Source of the DNA: a virus
Strand: one strand, 5' to 3'
Virus record (IMG/VR): IMGVR_UViG_3300032297_000372
Location: 27,614-91,613 of that record
Length of the DNA stretch: 64,000 nucleotides
Positions 1 through 9,374 of this stretch are shown piece after piece. Each line of letters opens with the position of its first letter. Within the stretch, counting starts at the first letter, position 1. The notes beneath the pieces are model-generated. The model made no database searches, was not told where the DNA came from, and was given only the letters and a program-made list of their open reading frames with translations. A program made the translations under genes and the position numbers.

Positions 1-5
1 TGAAA

Positions 6-443
6 TTAAATACCTAAATCCTTTTCCGTTATTACTTTAAACTTCCAACCTTTATCTATACAGTATTCATTAGCGTATTTCCACTTAGCCTGATTTACCG
101 CATACGTCATGGCTTCTTTAATAAACTTCTGAGTTTTCTTTCTTTGGGTGGGCATTCTGGTCTGAACTTCTGGTTTTACCTCAAGTACATATGTGGTAAT
201 CTTGTTATTTTTATCTCTTACCTTAATAATAAAGTCTGGAAAGTACCGATGAACTCTACCGTCAACGGGATTTAGATAAGGAATGACCAACTCTTCAGAA
301 GCAAAGTAAACGATGTCTGGATGGTCGTCCAACCACTTTAGGACTAGTAGCTCCCATGAGCTTCTGTAGATCACATTGTCAGGATCACCAGCATACTTTT
401 GCCTATTTTTTACTTTATATCTTCCTTGTTTATAATGTGCCAT
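6..443 (-). CDS. gp4: Head completion nuclease (T4 gp4-like, TnsA-like PD-(D/E)xK fold)
   Basis: Motifs KYAGDPDNVIYRSSWE, HRYFPDF, EVKP and NQAKW are typical of gp4. The gene is divergent from gp48/gp53, as in T4-like phages. Confidence 0.9.
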   Translation of the reverse strand: MAHYKQGRYKVKNRQKYAGDPDNVIYRSSWELLVLKWLDDHPDIVYFASEELVIPYLNPVDGRVHRYFPDFIIKVRDKNNKITTYVLEVKPEVQTRMPTQRKKTQKFIKEAMTYAVNQAKWKYANEYCIDKGWKFKVITEKDLGI

Positions 444-467
444 TTGCGGTAATTTAGAAATTTGTAG

Positions 468-475
468 TATAAATA
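468..475 (+). promoter_or_regulatory. T4-type late promoter TATAAATA
   Basis: Exact TATAAATA in the intergenic gap, 24 nt before the gp48 ATG. Confidence 0.8.
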
Positions 476-499
476 TAGGTATTCAACCTAGGATTATGT

Positions 500-1759
500 A
501 TGCCAATTTTCAATCTTTTAGATGTTTCCGTTCAGGACAGTAAACGAAACCTGGAGGTAGCATCATCTTCAAATTTCGTTGGTGATTATAGTACATCATC
601 TAGAAGATATCCTATCGATGTTGGTACAAGTTCTGACAAAGGACATTATATGGTATTTCATATTAATGTTCAGAAAAAAACTAAGTACAATCAAGATTAT
701 GAATATTCTTCTGACGAGCCAACTATATTTGCTTCAAGAGCGAGAACAGCAGCAGAAGCTGGAACCTCTACAAGCGTGGCGGATGCTGGTGGACAAGCAT
801 TAGAGACTGGTATTAAACTTGCTGAAGGTACCGGTAAAGCAATACAAAACTATACTTCCGGTTTAGTTAATAACGCAGAGTCATTATCAGCTAAACAAAA
901 AGCAATGGCTGGCGGAGCAATCGACACAGCTTCTTCATTTTCTTCAGGCGCTTCTAGTTTTCTAAAAGAATCACGTTCGAATTTAAATCAAGCTGGTTTT
1001 ATGAGAACGATTAGAAGAACTAAAGATACTATTGCATTGTACATGCCAGATACATTGGCATTTACACAAAATCAAAATTATGGTCAAGTTGGATTTGGTG
1101 GAGGACTTCTTGCTGCAGCTGCGGCAGGTGCATCAGCATTAAATAGATTTAAAGGAATGCCTGCTGATAAAATTGCCAATGAACTTGGACAAAACTTAAC
1201 TCCATTTTTGGCAGCAGCATTACAAGACCCTCAATTAAAAGCATTAGCTACTGGAGCGTTTGGTACAGTTGTTAATCCTCAATTAGAAGCAGTTTATACT
1301 ACACCCGATTTTAGAAGTTTTAGTTTTGAATTTATGTTTTACCCAAGATCGCAAAGAGAAGCTCTAGAAGTGCATGAAATTATTCGATTGTTTAAATTTC
1401 ACCAAGCACCAGAAGTTCTCTCATCTAAATTTGCAGGTGGTGTTGGTGGTTTCTTTTTAGTACCACCTTCTGAATTTGATATTCAATTCTATTACAACGG
1501 TAGAGAAAATCCAAACATACCTAGAATATCTACATGTGCATTAACTAGCATGTCTGTAGATTATTCACCGAATGGTTTTGCTACATATGAAACATTGTCA
1601 TCGAAACCTACCGTAGGCGGTACAGGTACGCCAGTTGCTATGAGAATGAATTTGCAGTTTAAAGAACTCGAAATACTCACTAAGTCTAATTTTAGAAAAT
1701 CTGAAAACCAACAGAATCAAGATGCTGGAATAACTCCTATTCCGAATAACTTTGCGTAG
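500..1759 (+). CDS. gp48: Baseplate tail tube cap (gp48-like)
   Basis: Motifs IALYMP, VNPQLE..Y..PDFRSFSFEFMFYPRS, PPSEFDIQFY and CALTSMSVDYSPNG; position in the baseplate module. Confidence 0.85.
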   Translation: MPIFNLLDVSVQDSKRNLEVASSSNFVGDYSTSSRRYPIDVGTSSDKGHYMVFHINVQKKTKYNQDYEYSSDEPTIFASRARTAAEAGTSTSVADAGGQALETGIKLAEGTGKAIQNYTSGLVNNAESLSAKQKAMAGGAIDTASSFSSGASSFLKESRSNLNQAGFMRTIRRTKDTIALYMPDTLAFTQNQNYGQVGFGGGLLAAAAAGASALNRFKGMPADKIANELGQNLTPFLAAALQDPQLKALATGAFGTVVNPQLEAVYTTPDFRSFSFEFMFYPRSQREALEVHEIIRLFKFHQAPEVLSSKFAGGVGGFFLVPPSEFDIQFYYNGRENPNIPRISTCALTSMSVDYSPNGFATYETLSSKPTVGGTGTPVAMRMNLQFKELEILTKSNFRKSENQQNQDAGITPIPNNFA

Positions 1760-1764
1760 AAAAA

Positions 1765-2412
1765 ATGGCAAAATTTTACAAATACTATCCTAAAACACAA
1801 TATTATATTGATGAAGAATCCACTTCGGTTGATACTTTAACCAATCTAACAACGTTTTTTAGTTTCGAACAGGATTTTAAAAATAATTCAGTGGTGTTTG
1901 ATACGTATTCAGTACAAGAGAATGAAACACCTGAAATATTAGCACATAAGTTTTATGGCTCATCCGAAAAACATTGGATTATTTTATTGATGAACGATAT
2001 AGTTAATCCATTATCAGATTGGCCTTTACCTTCTACTAGTTTAGAAAAGTATATTGATGTTAAGTATCGTGCAGCTTCTTATGCCAATAATTCAAATGTT
2101 GGTACAGGCACAACTTGGGCAAGAACTAACACTTACGGTTATTTTGTAACCGAGTCAAAGAAAAACTCTAATAATCAAGTTGTCGATTCAGTCACATATC
2201 AAGTGAATGCTGCAACTTATGCTAATACATCAACAAACACATCAACATATACATTACAGAGTGGTGATGTATATACATTCTTAGTAAGTAAAGAAACTAA
2301 AACTTATTATCAATATGAAGATGAATTGAACGAATCAAAACGAGAGATTAAAATATTGAAACCTGATTTTGTCGGTACTGTAGATCAAGAATTTCGTAAT
2401 ATAATGACATGA
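1765..2412 (+). CDS. gp53: Baseplate wedge protein (gp53-like, LysM-like)
   Basis: Motifs ETPEILAHKFYGSSEKHWIILLMN..DWP and YEDELNESKREIKILKP. Confidence 0.88.
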   Translation: MAKFYKYYPKTQYYIDEESTSVDTLTNLTTFFSFEQDFKNNSVVFDTYSVQENETPEILAHKFYGSSEKHWIILLMNDIVNPLSDWPLPSTSLEKYIDVKYRAASYANNSNVGTGTTWARTNTYGYFVTESKKNSNNQVVDSVTYQVNAATYANTSTNTSTYTLQSGDVYTFLVSKETKTYYQYEDELNESKREIKILKPDFVGTVDQEFRNIMT

Positions 2413-3752
2413 GTGAAACTACAATAACACAACCTTCGCAGTTTGTTATAGAAGAACTTTCTATAATAACCAAACGAGAGCAAATACTTGATATTACAGC
2501 AATGTATGTTGAGATAGATATTTTTGACAGCATCTATTCACCATGTATTACGGGTAGCATTCTTATACAAGATTCGGTTAACTTGTCTGAGAAATTGTTA
2601 TTCGATGGTTCTGAAGTATTACGAATGAAGATTAGTAAATCTGAGAACTTTGTGTCGATAGAAAAATCATTTAGAATCTACAAACAAAGTGAGAGGAAAA
2701 ACGTATCACAAACAAGTGAAAGTTATATTCTGTATTTCTGTTCAGAAGAGTTGGTCTTGTCTGAACAAATGAAACTATCAAAATCATTCACTACAACATA
2801 CTCTGAGGCTGCACTTAGAATAATGTCTCAGTATTTGGGAATAACGGCAAAGAATTTAGGTGCTTTTAAAGATTCACAAGGTATTAGAAAAATATCTATA
2901 CCGACTTTGACCCCATTAGAATCGATACGTTGGTGTGCATCTAAAGCCTTAGATGAAAATCTTTCTCCGTGTTTTTTGTTTTTTGAAAATCGAGATGGGT
3001 ATAATTTTACCTCATTGAATCAAATTTACAGCAGACCTAATATTGTCAATGTCAATCTTACAGTAAAAAATTTAAGTGATTCAACTCAATTTGAACATTT
3101 GCGTGGTGTTAAACATTTTGAAGTGAAAAAACAAAATAACTTTTTAGACAATGTTAGAAAAGGTGTATATGCTGGTACATTTATTGGGTTTGATCCATTA
3201 ACAAAAACCATAACTGTGGAGAATTTAGATTATGCTGACCATTACAATACTATTCCTAATCATCTTAATAAGAGTCCTTTATTAACAGAAATAGAGAATC
3301 GTGTAGGTTTAAAAAATACAGAAATGTTTAATTCCAAAATTGTAATTCATCCTTTTCAAACATCGAGACGAGATAGTTCTTTTATTAAAACCGGTGATAG
3401 TGAGTCTATTACATTTTTAGAAATGACCGAAAAGATTAAGTTTCAAAGATCCGCAATATTCGACTCTTTGAATACAAGACAAATAAAAATGGTATTAAAT
3501 GGTGATTTTGATATAACATGTGGTAGAAGTATTGGTGTATTTGTTCCCACTAGAGGTTATAAATCAGAAGATGAAGATTCTTATGATAAATCTTTAACTG
3601 GAAACTATTTAATAACTGCAACTAGGCATATACTTAAAGCAAAAAATAACATGCATGAAGTGGTCGTTGAAGCTGTAACAGATTCGACTAATTCTACTGA
3701 AAATAAAAATGCATATTATTCTAGCTCACGTATGCAAACTATATCAGGTTAA
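2409..3752 (+). CDS. Baseplate hub protein (gp27/phage protein D-like)
   Basis: Segments IDIFDSIYSPCITGSILIQDSVNL, FLFFENRDGYNF and GNYLITATRH; lies between gp53 and gp5. Confidence 0.65.
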   Translation: MSETTITQPSQFVIEELSIITKREQILDITAMYVEIDIFDSIYSPCITGSILIQDSVNLSEKLLFDGSEVLRMKISKSENFVSIEKSFRIYKQSERKNVSQTSESYILYFCSEELVLSEQMKLSKSFTTTYSEAALRIMSQYLGITAKNLGAFKDSQGIRKISIPTLTPLESIRWCASKALDENLSPCFLFFENRDGYNFTSLNQIYSRPNIVNVNLTVKNLSDSTQFEHLRGVKHFEVKKQNNFLDNVRKGVYAGTFIGFDPLTKTITVENLDYADHYNTIPNHLNKSPLLTEIENRVGLKNTEMFNSKIVIHPFQTSRRDSSFIKTGDSESITFLEMTEKIKFQRSAIFDSLNTRQIKMVLNGDFDITCGRSIGVFVPTRGYKSEDEDSYDKSLTGNYLITATRHILKAKNNMHEVVVEAVTDSTNSTENKNAYYSSSRMQTISG

Positions 3753-3754
3753 AA

Positions 3755-5119
3755 ATGGCTCACGATTATAGACTTAATAATTTTTGGTACGGTGTTGTTG
3801 AAGATAATAAAGATCCTTCAGCTTTAGGAAGAGTTAGAGTTCGTAGATTAGATCAAACACCTGATCGACAACAACTTCCTACAGGTTCTTTGCCATGGTC
3901 TGTTGCTTTTGAAAATTGTTCATTACAATTAAATGATTTTGTTTATGGTAATTATCTTGATGACACAGGCACTTTAAACGTACAAGGTAAATATACCGGT
4001 GAATTGTCTTTGCCGGCTAATGACACATCAATTAATATTGTTAATAATTACTACAAAAAAGTTTGGCAACACTATCCAATCGCAATGCAAGAGTTGTATA
4101 AAGCTGGTGTTCCTAGAGATTTAAATTGGCTGAAACTTAGGGAAGATTTGCATAGAGATCCTGTTGGATTAGTTATCTTCGAAAAAACGCTTAGAAAAGT
4201 TTATGAAGAAATTGATACAACTGAAGATAAGAAAAAGTCGAGATATGATTACATCAAAAATGTTTTAAATAATTATTCCACTTACAAATTTAATGACATT
4301 CAAATAAAAATATTATTATCGAGAAATGAAAATCCTGGTTGGGGTGTAACTCCTTCTATTGCTGAAGCACTCATAGATCCAACATCACCTTACGGAACAA
4401 TTACAAGTGCATCTCAATTTCATGGTTGTGGTGCTATTGCTCCATTAGCTTCAGCTGCCAAAAGTATGTCTAGTACATCTGACCTAGATAGAGGTAATGG
4501 AAATCCAAATAACAATCCTGCATATAAAGGTTCAACAGTTGAATTAGCAGATAAAAATAGAGTGCATGTTTGTAGTATATCACAATCAACAAAACAAGCA
4601 ATCTATGAATTTGTTTTATTAGTTCGACAAGCTGTTGCAGCAATACGTGATAAATTAGAAGCTGCTTTTGCTAGTGAGTCTGCATCTCCATTATTGCAAA
4701 CTATACGAAATAAAATACGAAAGTTTGCTAGAGAATTAAAACGAATTCTAAAACTTGTAAAGATAATTAAGAAGTTAGTTACGGCAATACAAGAATTGAT
4801 TAAACTTGCCGCAGAAATTTTAAAATGGATATTATCTTTACCTGCGATTCTTGCATCTATTGTGGCTCAGTGTGCATCTGAATTGATTTCAGAACTCAAG
4901 TCGGCAATTGCTGGTGGTATTGTAAGTGGTATTGTGAGTGATACACAACCTCCAACAATTATAGATAGATTCTCCGATTCATTTCAAAACGTGCAAGATC
5001 AATTTGATGCTACAGCAAATGCAACACAAGATTTTTTCAATGGAATATCTTCACCAGATGTAGAATCGGATATATTATCTCAAAACATGACTACTGATTT
5101 AACAACCTTTCAAGCTTAA
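3755..5119 (+). CDS. gp5 N-terminal OB-fold protein with helical C-terminal extension (split gp5, part 1)
   Basis: N-terminal WYGVVEDNKDPSALGRVRVR...LPW is the gp5/VgrG OB signature. No lysozyme motif is recognisable. Confidence 0.7.
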   Translation: MAHDYRLNNFWYGVVEDNKDPSALGRVRVRRLDQTPDRQQLPTGSLPWSVAFENCSLQLNDFVYGNYLDDTGTLNVQGKYTGELSLPANDTSINIVNNYYKKVWQHYPIAMQELYKAGVPRDLNWLKLREDLHRDPVGLVIFEKTLRKVYEEIDTTEDKKKSRYDYIKNVLNNYSTYKFNDIQIKILLSRNENPGWGVTPSIAEALIDPTSPYGTITSASQFHGCGAIAPLASAAKSMSSTSDLDRGNGNPNNNPAYKGSTVELADKNRVHVCSISQSTKQAIYEFVLLVRQAVAAIRDKLEAAFASESASPLLQTIRNKIRKFARELKRILKLVKIIKKLVTAIQELIKLAAEILKWILSLPAILASIVAQCASELISELKSAIAGGIVSGIVSDTQPPTIIDRFSDSFQNVQDQFDATANATQDFFNGISSPDVESDILSQNMTTDLTTFQA

Positions 5120-5128
5120 TATAAAATT

Positions 5129-6058
5129 ATGACAATTAATACCAATACATATCTTGACAATAGACCTGAAGGTATTGAAACGTGGATTGAACCCGAATCT
5201 CAATTAAAATATTCTAAACATCCTCACAATAAAGTTATAGCACAAACACCATCAGGCAGTTCATTTCATATGGACTCAACACCTGAATATGAACATCACC
5301 GAATACAACATCGATCAGGTTCTTATACAGAAGTGCAGAATGACGGTACTGAAGTACATAAAATTGTAGGTGATGGATATGAAATTATATCTAAAAATAA
5401 AAATGTATTAATTAAAGGTTATTGTAACATTACCATTGAGGGTAATTGTACAATGCATGTTAAAGGTGATTATGTCCAACGTATTGATGGAGATTTTTTC
5501 CAAGAAATTCGAGGAGATTCCACAACATATGTTGCTGGAGATTGTTCAGTAAGTTCTTCCGGTGATATGGATTTATCTGTAGGTGGTTTGTTAAGTGATA
5601 TAACACTTTCATCATCTGAGGGAGTTCAAGTGCATGGTGACTTAGATGTAACAGGTAAAATTGCTACTAAAAGTGACATACACGCTGAAAAAAATATTAC
5701 ATCATCACAAAAAGTAACTTCGATTATGGGTCTTGCTACTATGGGAGGTTTAAGTATAGGAGGAATTCCGGCAGACTTAAATACTCCAGCCCCTGGTTTT
5801 ATTGTTGGAGCAATTCAATTGGATGTTCCTACGATTAATGCAATTAACATTAAAACTGAGGCTTTAGAAACTAATTTTATGACATGCACATCATCAATCG
5901 CAACTGGTTCTTTATTTTCTCCAGGAATTGTTGATGCTGCTATCATAGCTGATTTGGGCGGTACATTGGGTACTCTAAGAAGTAGATACAATTCTCACTT
6001 ACATGGCGGTGTAGAACCAGGTGCTGGGTTTACAAGTGCCACCACAGCAGCGGCTTAA
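5129..6058 (+). CDS. Baseplate central spike beta-helix (split gp5, part 2) with C-terminal HxH apex
   Basis: HPHNKV..TPSGSSFHMDSTP..E..RIQHRSGSYTE followed by VxG beta-helix repeats. Ends in YNSHLHGGV. Confidence 0.78.
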   Translation: MTINTNTYLDNRPEGIETWIEPESQLKYSKHPHNKVIAQTPSGSSFHMDSTPEYEHHRIQHRSGSYTEVQNDGTEVHKIVGDGYEIISKNKNVLIKGYCNITIEGNCTMHVKGDYVQRIDGDFFQEIRGDSTTYVAGDCSVSSSGDMDLSVGGLLSDITLSSSEGVQVHGDLDVTGKIATKSDIHAEKNITSSQKVTSIMGLATMGGLSIGGIPADLNTPAPGFIVGAIQLDVPTINAINIKTEALETNFMTCTSSIATGSLFSPGIVDAAIIADLGGTLGTLRSRYNSHLHGGVEPGAGFTSATTAAA

Positions 6059-6067
6059 GGAAAATAA

Positions 6068-6883
6068 ATGAGTGTATCTAGTAGAGTACCTGTTAATTTT
6101 GATACTGATAAATTTGGTGATATTATTACCATCAGTGAAGCAAATCGCAAGTATTTAAATCTAAACATAACTAGCGTTGCAACTTGGCAAAAAGATGATT
6201 TGGCCAATAATTCTGTTAGTAGAGATGATTATTTCTTTAATCCTGTAAGTGCAAACGTAGGATCCATGAGCGCAAATGTAATTTCTATTATTGCAATTGT
6301 TAATAATGATCCTAGTAATGTTTTTCCCACAATACCTACAGAGATTGCAGGATTGTCTGCTGCTGCAAATGGATTGTTTAATGAGATAACTTGTTTCACA
6401 GAACATACAAATAGAATGTCAGGTTTAACCGCAGCCAACTCTATATCAAATGTATTTTATCCAGATCAATCGATGGTAATATCGACAACTACATCAGCAT
6501 TCAATATTGTTGCTGGTTCTGATGGTGTTACTGATAAATCTATAGTTATGGGTGCTTTTACTAGTTTGTTTATAAATGATGAGATATCATCAAATGCCAG
6601 AATCTTAGGTTCTGATTATGCAAATATAGTTTCTTCAATTGTAGGTATTGTGAGTACTATGAACGCAGGAGATATTACTGCAATTAATGTACATATTAAT
6701 ACAGCAAATACTTTGTTAAATCAAAGAAGAACTGCCGATTACAATCATTATTTGGCTTGCAAGAGTTTACAATCTGATTATTCTTTCTTAAATAGCATAA
6801 AAAATACCGTTTCGGCAGGTCAAAGTTTAATGGTTAATTTGACAGGAACTCAAAAATTAAAGGATATTCTGGCAAATACCTGA
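6068..6883 (+). CDS. Hypothetical protein in the baseplate module
   Basis: 271-aa ORF with an AAGGA Shine-Dalgarno, filling the gap between gp5 and gp25. Family not recognised. Confidence 0.6.
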   Translation: MSVSSRVPVNFDTDKFGDIITISEANRKYLNLNITSVATWQKDDLANNSVSRDDYFFNPVSANVGSMSANVISIIAIVNNDPSNVFPTIPTEIAGLSAAANGLFNEITCFTEHTNRMSGLTAANSISNVFYPDQSMVISTTTSAFNIVAGSDGVTDKSIVMGAFTSLFINDEISSNARILGSDYANIVSSIVGIVSTMNAGDITAINVHINTANTLLNQRRTADYNHYLACKSLQSDYSFLNSIKNTVSAGQSLMVNLTGTQKLKDILANT

Positions 6884-6890
6884 ATAAATA
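6883..6890 (+). promoter_or_regulatory. Late promoter-like AATAAATA
   Basis: Lies 4 nt upstream of the gp25 ATG. Confidence 0.55.
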
Positions 6891-6894
6891 AGAC

Positions 6895-7299
6895 ATGGCA
6901 CTCGTAACTACCCAAATACCGCAGAGATATAAAGACTTGGATTTGAGCTTTACTGCTCATCCAATCAAAAAGGACGTCAATACGTTTGTCGATGATACTG
7001 CTATTATCAATTCGATTAAGAACTTAATATTGACAAACCACTACGAAAGACCTTTCAATCCAGACCTAGGTTCAAATGTTCGTAAGTTGTTATTTGAAAA
7101 TATAGATGCCGTGACTGCAATTATGATAGAACGTGAGATAACTCAGACTATCGCAAACTTTGAACCTAGAGTAAATGTAATTGGAACGACTGTAATACCA
7201 GACTATACAAATAATGGTTTTACCGTACAATTATATTTCAGTATAATCAACCGAACAGAGCCAATAACAATTAATTTCTTCCTAGAACGAGCACGATAA
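6895..7299 (+). CDS. gp25: Baseplate wedge subunit gp25
   Basis: YKDLDLSF, SIKNLILTNHYERPFNPDLGS..LLFE and FEPRV are the gp25/GPW family signature. Confidence 0.93.
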   Translation: MALVTTQIPQRYKDLDLSFTAHPIKKDVNTFVDDTAIINSIKNLILTNHYERPFNPDLGSNVRKLLFENIDAVTAIMIEREITQTIANFEPRVNVIGTTVIPDYTNNGFTVQLYFSIINRTEPITINFFLERAR

Positions 7300-9374
7300 T
7301 GGCAAATAGATTAAAAGTAACGGAACTTGATTTTGACCAGATTAAGACCAACTTAAAAAACTTTTTAAAACAACAAAGTGAATTTACAGATTACGATTTC
7401 GAAGGTGCTGGTCTAAATGTTCTTTTAGATATCTTAGCATATAATACTCACTACAATGCGTATTATTTAAACATGATTGCTAACGAATCTTTCATGCACA
7501 CCGCATTATTGAGAAATTCAGTTGTTGCTCATGCTAAAAAATTAGGTTATACTCCAAGATCAGTTGCAGCCGCAAAAGCAAATATCGACTTCACCGTTGT
7601 TACTGCCTCATCTACTCCAGAATCTTTGACTTTACCTAGAGGTTATAAGTTTATTTCGAATGCCATCGATGGTGTTCCCTATACGTTTGTCACATTAGAA
7701 GATGTAGTTGTGCAAAAAACAGCAAACAATTTTGTGTTTGGTGATTTAGATATTTACGAAGGGCAATTAGTAACTTATGGGTTTACTCACAGCGAATCAA
7801 GTAATCCTAAACAATCATTCAATCTACCCGATGCAAACATTGATACCTCTACATTAACTGTAGTTGTACGTCAGTCTGTTTCAAATACACAATCGTCAAT
7901 CTATAGTTTAGCTACGGATATTTTATCAGTAACATCCACATCTGAAGTTTATTACTTACAAGAAAGTCAAAACCAAACTTATGACATTTATTTTGGTGAC
8001 GATATCTTAGGTAAAAAATTACCTGACGGTGCAGTTGTAACTGTAAACTATCTAAAAACAAGCGGCCAAAATGCAAACAAATCCTCAGACTTTGTTGCAA
8101 CTCAAGCGTTAAATTCATATTCAAACTTTAATATCGTTGTCAATTCTGCCGCATCTGGTGGTAAAGAACGTGAGACTGTTGACGAGATTAAATTTGCCGC
8201 ACCATTACAGTTTACTTCACAGAATCGTGCAGTAACAAAGAACGATTATATTAAATTAATACAACAAAAATACCCTTACTTTGATGCCGTAAATATTTGG
8301 GGTGGTGAAGAGAACGAACCACCAGTTTATGGTAAAGTATTCATATCAGCAAAACCTGCAAATGGGTTTGAACTAACAACAACCGAAAAAGAACATGTTG
8401 TTGAGAATGTACTTAAACCAATCAGTATTTTAACTGTTCGTCCTGAAATTATCGATGTAGATTATAATTTTATTAAAGTATATTCTACTATTTACTATGA
8501 TCCAACAAAAACTCTATTGAATTTGAACATTTTAGAGAACACGGTAAGAACAAAGATACAAAACTTCTGTACATCGAACCTAAATAAATTTAATTCATTG
8601 TTTAAATCTTCTGGATTAAGAACATCAATTGATTCTTCGGATAATTCTATTCTTTCTAACGAATTAGAGATATTCTTATCGAAAAGATTTAATCCAACAT
8701 TAAATGCTAGTAACGATTACATATTAGATTTTGGTGTAGAATTATCAAGAGGTACAACACTAGATAACTTCTACTCATCACCTAACTTCACAATGATGGA
8801 TGAAAATGGTGTTCAGAGATCGTGTTTCTTTGAAGAAGTTCCATCATCATTTACTGGTGTTGAATCGATTACTATATTGAATCCAGGTATTAATTATACC
8901 TCAACACCTACAGTTGAAATTGTTGGTGATGGTACAGGTGCTACTGCTACAGCAGTGATTGTAAATTCAAAATTGCAATCGATTAAAGTTAATACTCCTG
9001 GTATTGGTTATACCACAGCTATTGTTAGAATTACTGGTGGCGGTGGTATTTTAGGAGAAGCTAAGGCTGTATTGGAGAATAGATATGGCCAAATTAGAAT
9101 TTCTTATTTTAAACCAGATGAAGTTACTAATCAAAGTACAAAAAATGTTTTATTACCTTTAGCAAATGGTGGCGTTGTCGGTTCTATAGATTATCTATTA
9201 GGTAAAATAACCATAAATGACTTTGCTCCTTTAGGCATAGATAATGCATTAGGTATAATGACTATTAACGTTAGACCTAAGTCGTCAGTATTTTATTCAC
9301 AGAAAAATAAAATGTTGGCTTTTGACATAGAAGACCCGACAAGTGCAGTTGTTACATTAAAAGCTATAAAGTAA
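7299..9374 (+). CDS. gp6: Baseplate wedge subunit gp6
   Basis: Motifs LDFDQIKTNLKNFL, DYDFEGAGLNVLLDILAYNTHY, QNRAVTKNDY and WGGEEN.PP.YGKVFIS. Confidence 0.93.
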   Translation: MANRLKVTELDFDQIKTNLKNFLKQQSEFTDYDFEGAGLNVLLDILAYNTHYNAYYLNMIANESFMHTALLRNSVVAHAKKLGYTPRSVAAAKANIDFTVVTASSTPESLTLPRGYKFISNAIDGVPYTFVTLEDVVVQKTANNFVFGDLDIYEGQLVTYGFTHSESSNPKQSFNLPDANIDTSTLTVVVRQSVSNTQSSIYSLATDILSVTSTSEVYYLQESQNQTYDIYFGDDILGKKLPDGAVVTVNYLKTSGQNANKSSDFVATQALNSYSNFNIVVNSAASGGKERETVDEIKFAAPLQFTSQNRAVTKNDYIKLIQQKYPYFDAVNIWGGEENEPPVYGKVFISAKPANGFELTTTEKEHVVENVLKPISILTVRPEIIDVDYNFIKVYSTIYYDPTKTLLNLNILENTVRTKIQNFCTSNLNKFNSLFKSSGLRTSIDSSDNSILSNELEIFLSKRFNPTLNASNDYILDFGVELSRGTTLDNFYSSPNFTMMDENGVQRSCFFEEVPSSFTGVESITILNPGINYTSTPTVEIVGDGTGATATAVIVNSKLQSIKVNTPGIGYTTAIVRITGGGGILGEAKAVLENRYGQIRISYFKPDEVTNQSTKNVLLPLANGGVVGSIDYLLGKITINDFAPLGIDNALGIMTINVRPKSSVFYSQKNKMLAFDIEDPTSAVVTLKAIK

